Source: Octopus vulgaris
Lineage: Eukaryota
Reading direction: 5' to 3'
Assembly (NCBI GenBank): GCA_951406725.2
Contig: OX597824.1
Coordinates: forward strand, 57,412,001 to 57,476,000
Length of the DNA stretch: 64,000 nucleotides
In this document: one piece after another, positions 55,716 through 64,000 of the stretch
Layout of the letters: every line of letters begins with the position of its first letter
How positions within the stretch are numbered: position 1 is the stretch's first letter
Notes under the pieces: model-generated
Database searches by the model: none
What the model saw: only the letters and a program-made list of their open reading frames with translations
Told to the model about the DNA's origin: nothing
Position numbers and translations under genes: made by a program

Positions 55716-58521
55716 TTTGTACCCCATCCTTCAATTAAATAATCGGTATTAGTTTGTCTGCGTTTCCGTAATGTAGCATTTCGTCAAATGGGTTAGACAG
55801 AAGGTTACCATAATTAAAAAGTAAGTACTGGGGTCGATCTGATCGATTAAGCCCTTCAAGGCATGGTCGCAGTTCACTAACTGAGACGAATAAAAGATGA
55901 AAGATAAGACACAGGTTTCGAGCCGAATCTTATCCACAACACTTTTGTAAGTTTCTTTTTCATTTCGTTGTGTTCTTTTTATCACCAGAAATGTTTGTGT
56001 ATTGAATGTTGCCTTAGTCTGGTATCTCGGAATGCTATCAATATCATATTGGGGGTTGATTGCTTGGTGGATGCTGAGATTGTTGGACGGCTGGGTTGGC
56101 TTAGATGGAGGTTGGAATGGAGCATAATTATGGCGGAATGGAGAGAGTAAAGATAGAAAGAAGGATGAAGAGAAAGAGAGGGGGGTTGGAGGTTGAGAAA
56201 GGGAGAGTGACTGTGAAAATTATCTTGAGTGGTTAAATTTGTCCTTCTTGTTACGCATGCCTTATAACAGGTGAAGCTTTTATTTTATTGAGCTGCCTTG
56301 TTGTCTTTACCTCTACACCACCATCACTACAACCAACATCATCACCATTTTATCTCCGTTTTTAACCAACACTATCACCACGATCACCACCACAAAATGG
56401 GCGGCCAGTTTGAAGTTGGGTAAACATTCGCTTGTCTTAACTAGCAGGCCAAGTAAAATGATACGTCACACTGCCATAAACCCGGCCTCGGCATATCGTA
56501 AAGTGGTGGAGGTGTTATTAGAAGTGGTGAGGATGATGAAGATGCAAAGATGGTAGGAGGTTGGAGAAAATAAAAACTTTTTGTTACTAGTGGTGTTGGT
56601 ATTGGTGGTGAACATTGTGGTAGTAATGGAGGTGGGGGATTGTACTGCTGTTGGTGGTGGTGAAGGTGATGTTGCTTGTGATAGTAACGGTGATGATTTT
56701 GATGATGGTGGTCGTAGTGATGTTGGTAGTGAAAATGATGGTGAGGGTGTTGGTGACGCCGATGGTAAAGAATAAAATTATAGTGATGGTAGTATTGATG
56801 GTGATGATGATGATGGTGTCGATGGTGGCTATGATGGTTATGCAGGTAGGGGGTAGTGGTGTGGATGGTGGGGATGGTGAAGCTGATGTAGCTTGTTGAT
56901 TGATGTTGGTTGTGATGACGTTCGTGATGGTGGTGGTAATGGTGGAAGCAGTGATGGTGAAAATTATAGTTCGTATTGTGATGATAGTGATGGTGGTGCA
57001 GGCGGTGATGGTGGCTGTAATGGAGCGGAGGTGGGTATCGGCGGAGATGATAATGATGATGATGGTGGCTGTAGTGTGATAATAGTTATGATGATGATGG
57101 TGATAATGTTCTTGTTGTTGGTGGCGGCAGTGGTCCTGATCGTGTTTTTGATGGCAGTGGTGATGATGATGGTCCGATAAGCTGGGGAAAGGGAGTGTAC
57201 GGAGAACCAGTAGAAGTGGGGACGGTGATGATGGAGTAATCAGTATTTGTGTGCAGGTGGTTGTTGTAGTGCAGGCGGGGTGGTTGTATGAAGATAAGAC
57301 ACTCGATAAACAGTAGTTGTTTAGCCCAAGGACAACACTAATTGAGCTGACTTTTGATCAAAGGAATTTCAGCCATGGCCTCTGCACCTTCTTCCTATAT
57401 GCAGTGAACCCAGGGACACATTATCCAATGCCTTTTACCATATTACAGTTAAAGGTACATTTGACGTTGATAGGGCTGCTATTACTAGCAGATCTTGTAA
57501 CCATTCAGAAGTAACCTCGTCTGACTGATGGAGAACAGCAAATTGGGTAATTAATGAGATAGATTGGGTAGGTCATTGAGGGTAATATATAAAGAATGTG
57601 GATAACATGATTGTTGTTTAACCCTAAGTCGACCCTGAATGAGCAGGTTTACAATCAAAAGATGTCAGCCATGTTCATCCAATTTTTTGCCCCAAATCCA
57701 TTGTGTTCTATTTTTAAGGCTATATATTGTATACAGATAGTGGTTTGACTGCTATTTCTAGTCACCACATAAAGGACCACTTTCTTCGTTTCGGGCTCTA
57801 GGATAGTTGTTAGTGTTGGTAATGTTGATGGTGGAGGTGATAATGGTGATGGTGGCATTGATGGTCTGGCGACGATAGTGGTGGTAATGATGGTATCGCC
57901 AGTCAAGTGGAGATCAGTGTTGGTGACTGTCGTGGGTTTAGGACAGATTTGTAGGGGATTAGCTTATAAGTATATATATAGTAGTGGTTGGGGGATGGTC
58001 GAATATGTGGCAGGGTGTCTCTTTCCTTATTACGGTGGAACTTTTAGGAGGGGGTGGACCACGTTGTTGTTTAGTTCCAGGCCTTTCTTGATCCAGATGA
58101 CTGGTATTCAAAGGACTTTCAGCCATGACCATCCTGTCTTATGAGGCATAATATTTCTAAGACTACATTATATAATGTGCCTAACGTTATTTATGATGTT
58201 AGAAGCATCTCACTCTGACTCGAATTTGACTCTGTCGGTCAGAGAAGGGAATTTATTATGTGGTTGCTGTTTTCTTGTTGTTGTTACTGTGTTGGAGAGG
58301 ATAGGAGCTTTAGTGGATTCGGGGTGTATAATGTTAGGTTATTGAAGTGCGGTGGGGATTGTGGTTGGTAGAGGTTTGTGGTGTTTGATGTGATTACGGG
58401 TAAGGAAAGAGAATAGGTGAAAGGAAGAGAGAGAGAGAGAGGGAGAGAGAGAGAGAGATGAATAGATTCGTAAAATAGATACAACGTCTACTTGATAGAT
58501 ATGCAGTTGTAGATAAGTACA

Positions 58522-58640
<119 letters not shown>

Positions 58641-58838
58641 ATGTTTGTTGTCTTCTACTTGCTTCAGTCATTTGACTGCGGTCATGTTGGAGAACCAACT
58701 TTAGTCGAGCAAATCGACCCTAGGATTTATTCTATCGGTCTCTTTTGCCGAGCCACTAAGTTACAGGGACGTAAACACACCAGCATAAGTTGTCATCGGG
58801 GGACAAATGCACACACACACACACATGCACGCACGCAC

Positions 58839-58878
<40 letters not shown>

Positions 58879-58912
58879 TTATATATGTATATACATATAT
58901 ATACATATATAT

Positions 58913-59025
<113 letters not shown>

Positions 59026-59265
59026 AGATGCGAACTTAACCGTGGTATGACCAGTATCTTTCCTCATGCCTCTTGGAGCTTATACCCACATCTTTACGAG
59101 TAGATTTATCTTCTCTGGGATGTTAATAATAATTTTAAAAACTTTGTATTGTTGGAAAACATATATAGTCTGCTTGGAATCTTACTTCAGATTCATGGAA
59201 CTCACTTCTATAACTTCATAAGGATATTTACACTCTCTAAGATATTTGGAAAACCTATATGTGAT

Positions 59266-59350
59266 TTAGCTGATGAATACTTGACATTATATTTGCTGTA
59301 ATATTTGCAGCTTGAAATAAAATGTTTATAGTATGAAACAATTGTACTAA
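59266..59350 (+). ncRNA. Type I hammerhead ribozyme, tandem copy 1
   Basis: TTAG-CTGATGA-ATAC..GTAT-GAA-ACAATTGT-A-CTAA, with an extended stem II (GACATT/AATGTT, GCTGTAA/TTGCAGC). Confidence 0.88.
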
Positions 59351-59410
59351 TCTACCGATCCATTCTTGTTGCTTTTTTCTTGGTTATATATATGTATATA
59401 TATACATATA

Positions 59411-59491
<81 letters not shown>

Positions 59492-59513
59492 GTATATATT
59501 TATATATATGTGA

Positions 59514-59602
59514 TTTAGCTGATGAATACTGGACATTTGTATTCGCTGCAATATTTGCAGCTTCAAATAAAATTGCTCTTCGTATGAAACAATTGTACTA
59601 AA
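59514..59602 (+). ncRNA. Type I hammerhead ribozyme, tandem copy 2
   Basis: TTTAG-CTGATGA-ATAC..GTAT-GAA-ACAATTGT-A-CTAAA. Confidence 0.88.
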
Positions 59603-59756
59603 CTACTAATCCATTCTTGTTGCTTTTTTCTTGGTTATTTATACACACATATATATATATATATAAAATTAATCCAAACATGAAAACACAACAACGCGAG
59701 GACGTGGAACAAATATAGTATTATTGGACGCTCAGGAAGGAAGGGAAGAAGAAGGG

Positions 59757-59789
59757 TTTAACGTTTCGAGCGGAGCTCTTCGTCAGAAA
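59757..59789 (-). ncRNA. Minimal type I hammerhead (family A), intact
   Basis: Identical to 46189-46221. Lies inside the family-A fragment at 59665-59870. Confidence 0.78.
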
Positions 59790-59872
59790 CATAGGAAAAG
59801 GAAAGATCCAGAGAAGGGAAGACGGAGGAAAAAAATCGCCAACGGAACACACGCGGTCACATTTTGAATATA

Positions 59873-59933
<61 letters not shown>

Positions 59934-60018
59934 AAGCCTAAGATGCCACGTAAGCTACTTATCACACAGTCACTCCAGTCACTATATACATACATATACA
60001 TACACACACATACACATA

Positions 60019-60053
<35 letters not shown>

Positions 60054-60633
60054 GGAGAGAGAGAGAAAGATAGGGGGTAAGAAGTATGAGGTAAGAGGGA
60101 AAGTTTAAATCCATGAATGTCGGTGTGTAAGAGTGTGGGTAGTCATAGTTACATTGCATTTCTTCAAAGAAGTGGGGGTTCTTCTCGAGACATTGGGACT
60201 CCCCCCTCTTCAAAGCTCAACAGCTAACATAGCCGACCATCAATAGCTTTCTCTGACATTTTCCCTCCCTTGGGTAAATGATAGCTTTGTAGCCTTAATT
60301 CTGTCGTTGTTGTTTGTGTTTGTAGTGGTTGCTTTTGGAAATTTGTTGTTTTTTTTTATTTATTTATATTTTTCACTTTTAATTTCCTGAAAGGCTAAGT
60401 AAATAAATATCTCAGTTAAAAACAACAACAACAATAACAAACACAATAACCATAATGAAACAACAACTGTAAACAACAAAAACAAGAAAAGGAACAACAA
60501 TTTAACAAATGCTGGATGGGCGGTGGTGTTCAAAGAAGAAATTCTTCCTTCTCGTCATCATCATTAACATCAAAAGGATGAATACTAACGATAACGAAAC
60601 TAACATTTACAGATACAGATGCATATATATTTA

Positions 60634-60842
60634 CAATGGGGTGCTGAAAAGTTCCTGGTTTTAAGGGTGTCGCGATTGGCCTAGCTGGAGGCCCAACCAT
60701 CCGAGTTCTTTCAAAGGGCTTTAAAAAAGTGATGACCGCTGCATTTGTGTGAATCTCAGATGGGAATATGTTGCATAAAATCATAATTAACTGATCCTCC
60801 TGTAATTATTACCCAAAGCCAGGAACTTTTCAGCACCCATAC
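60634..60842. mobile_element. Mariner-type MITE
   Basis: TIR GGGTGCTGAAAAGTTCCTGGTTTT / AAAGCCAGGAACTTTTCAGCACCC. Confidence 0.75.
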
Positions 60843-60854
60843 GAATATATACGA

Positions 60855-60897
<43 letters not shown>

Positions 60898-60981
60898 CGT
60901 GTGTGTGCGTGCGTGTATTTATGTGTGTGTATGTTTGTACACACATACATACACACGCACACGCATACACACATACACGCA

Positions 60982-61047
<66 letters not shown>

Positions 61048-62134
61048 ATGAATAGATAGTGATAAAGTATCCTGGTAGGTATCGTATGAGCACTCAGTTA
61101 TAATATCCAAGTTATGGCTAAACACATCAAGTTTTAAGGAACACCTAGGATAAATTTAGGAAAACAATCCCAATATATTTTATCCAATGGGTAAATTCTG
61201 GGTTCGCTTCACTGGATTGTAAATATTTTACCGAGTGTATATTCAAAACAACTAGAATGAATACGAAGATGATTACATCTGCCTAATTTTTTTCTACAGC
61301 CAATTTTACTGCATATTTGAGTTAAATGTGTCCGACGCATGTTTCTGTTGCTTAGTAATCTCACAATTTCATGTACATCCAGTTATTTTCGACAGATTAT
61401 TAGTCTACGCAACTTTATTCAAGGTTAATCCACTGACGTGATCTAAAACAAACTAGTTGTATGTAGCTTCAGCTAGCATTATATTTGGTAGGTAACTATA
61501 GTTTTGGAAAGCAAGGAATGTGAGAGGAAAATTTGGGAACCTGATACGGTTGACCCTATACTGATCCTAGGCTTGAGATTCGAATTGAGAATATTAGAAC
61601 TTTAATTAGGTTAAATTATATTTTTAAAAAGATACATCTAAGTTTCAGATATTGCGTGCAACTATTGGTAACTAATTCAGATATAATCTAAATATATGAG
61701 ATATGTAGAACTTATTTGTGAGGCCAATCCGAATCTTTCTTTATATGAATCAAGTTTTAATTTGCATGTAGTTTTGTGGTTCTATATGTGTTGCAAAAAT
61801 ATGTAGTATTGCGCATGGAATATACTTATCACGACTTAATATAGACAAGGTAGGTATTAAGCTGACATTTACCATGTAAAATCAGGCGTGAGAAAATACA
61901 CACACATACACACAACATATACATACACGCACACACATACATGCACACATATACACATACTTCAAAATGCCAGTCAAATACCTATTTCTTTATTACCCAC
62001 AAGGGGCTAAACACAGAGAGGACAAACGAGGACAGACAAACGGGTTAAGTCGATTACATCGATCCCAGTCCGTAACTGGTACTTACTTTATCGACCCCGA
62101 AAGGATGAAAGGCAAAGTCGACCTCGGCGGAACC

Positions 62135-62620
62135 TTTCTACTGACCATTTCTCTACGCACATATGAAGAAACACACAACTACACAAAAGACCATCACTCC
62201 TGTTACCATGCTACTGAAATCTTCCTACAACATTAACAGATACAAAGTTCACTCACACATACACATACACACAACCAACATCACACATACACATGCTATA
62301 GTACACACTTGCGCGCACGCACATAGCCACACATACACACAGATACCTCATTCTCTTACACTCTTCTGTATTAGAAAGAACTTTTTCTTCACCCATTCCC
62401 TTCCGGCCATTTCAAAATATAACCACATGTGGATCGTTGGTGACTTTTTGCCTCCGGCTTCCTTTTCTCATGCACTTTCCTCTGTCTTCTGTTTCTGAAG
62501 AAAAGCTTTGCTCGAAACGTAAAACTACCTTTCTTTCCTTCCCTGAGCGTTTGCTAATACTTTGCATGTACTACGTCCTTGTGTTGTTGTTTTTCACCGT
62601 TTTTCTTTTGGATTAAATAT
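62135..62620 (+). mobile_element. Family-A repeat with slightly decayed HHR (62492-62524)
   Basis: TTT-CTGAAGA-A-AAGC-ttt-GCTC-GAA-ACGT-A-AAA. Homologous to 2990-3425. Confidence 0.72.
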
Positions 62621-62627
62621 ATATATG

Positions 62628-62698
<71 letters not shown>

Positions 62699-62786
62699 AG
62701 AGATAGATAGAGAGAGAGAAATATATTTTCCGTATAGAATACAATTCGTAGTGCTCAAGAAGTTTAAACTTGAGCAGGTAGTGGAG

Positions 62787-63267
62787 TAAATGTGAGGATA
62801 AGCAAGTTACACAAGACAATATAAAAAAAGATATTAAGTGGATTTAATATAAACATGTATATTTGTTTACACAGAATAGAAATGATATCAGGAATTAAAG
62901 GGATTGAATAAGAGTATTACGAGTCCAACAGCTGTTTCTGGAGCTTGGAGGTCCACAATGATTGTAAATTGGTTCCATCATCGGATAAGACCAATCTCCG
63001 TCTTCAGGGAAGAGTTGTTACAGTTGAGGTCATGACAGGAGTTTAAAGCTTTAAACTCCTTTCTGTCATGATCTCAAAAATTTACCATCATTTTGGACCT
63101 CCAAGCCCCAGAAACAGCTGTTGGACTCGTAAAATTCTTATTCAAACCCTTTAATTCCTGATATCATTTCTATTCTGTGTAAGTCGGACCCTTTTATCTG
63201 TAAATATATGTATATTTTTTGTATTAAATGCATTTAGTATTGTGTAATTTGCTTATCCTTACATTTA
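62787..63267. repeat. Fold-back inverted repeat (arms about 62787-62970 and 63080-63267) with an inner hairpin at 63026-63075
   Basis: Reverse-complement match read directly. The right arm holds only the 3' half of the HHR. Confidence 0.85.
62924..63010 (-). ncRNA. Type I hammerhead ribozyme
   Basis: TCC-CTGAAGA-C-GGAG..CTCC-A-GAA-ACAGCTGT-T-GGA. Confidence 0.7.
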
Positions 63268-63287
63268 ATCCTATATCTATCTATATA

Positions 63288-63350
<63 letters not shown>

Positions 63351-64000
63351 GCTTGCCTGTCTGTTTATCTATCTATCTATATATATATTACTACAAAATT
63401 GTAAACTGAGTGCTATGCTTTTGTGAAGATGTCGATTAGTCTCTCTTTCAACAACATTGTACTCCATGGGATTTAAAGCTGGCGAGTTTGGAAACTAGAA
63501 GTTTAGTGTTACGTGGTTGTAGAGATGGGCTTTGCGAGAAGATGGTGAAGCACGTATAGCCTTCCACTGCGTACTTCATTGACCAAAGGGTTTAGCAACT
63601 GTCTCTAGCACCTTACCCTATCCAGCAGCATTAATTCTAAGACCTTGTGTAAGGATGCAAGACAGCATGACGTGACCTTCATTACCAGTCACAACTAAAA
63701 CCATCATAAGTAGCTGGAAGCTTAGTATGCATCACTCCGGAGATATCAAAAAGATCTGCCCATAATCATCTGTTATTTATTCTATTAGACTTGTTCGAAG
63801 TTTTTCTCATCAAAAAAGAACCAAAGCATGCCATGTTCGTAGCGGCTTTTTACGAGGTTAAATAACTGCATGGTGCAGGTCAAGGGATTTTCCTGCATCT
63901 TTGCAAGACATGAATTATTCTCTCCTAATTACATACGATTTGTATCGAATGTCTTCGTGCTCCCCACATTTGATAGTCCACTCCGAAACCTGAAGTTCTT

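Noticed and set aside
56500-57240. Gly/Asp/Val/Met-rich ORFs
   Set aside because: Degenerate (GGT/GAT)n low-complexity DNA.

Overview
AT-rich, microsatellite-saturated eukaryotic DNA with no recognisable host exon. The SINE families and the repeat landscape look like octopus/coleoid cephalopod, which is an inference. Nearly all ORFs in the track are simple-repeat artefacts. The recognisable coding remnants are all decayed transposons: a CR1-like APE LINE, a DD37D maT transposase, two R4/Dong RLE LINE 3' ends in (AAT)n, an RTE reverse transcriptase, two mariners, a Tc1 element, MITEs and tRNA-derived SINEs. The main signal is non-coding. Reading both strands by eye I find 14 intact or near-intact minimal type I hammerhead ribozymes (HHRs) and about 10 decayed or half copies. 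They belong to many families whose stems share little or no sequence. In every well-preserved copy stem III is a self-complementary palindrome that mostly differs between families. The HHRs sit in short ORF-less elements that end in (TA)n tracts and show three architectures: fold-back inverted repeats, terminally redundant ~460-475 bp units, and a tandem pair. This fits a diverse population of non-autonomous Penelope-like (PLE)/retrozyme-type retroelements. Ribozyme activity is inferred from structure only, and no searches or folding programs were run.
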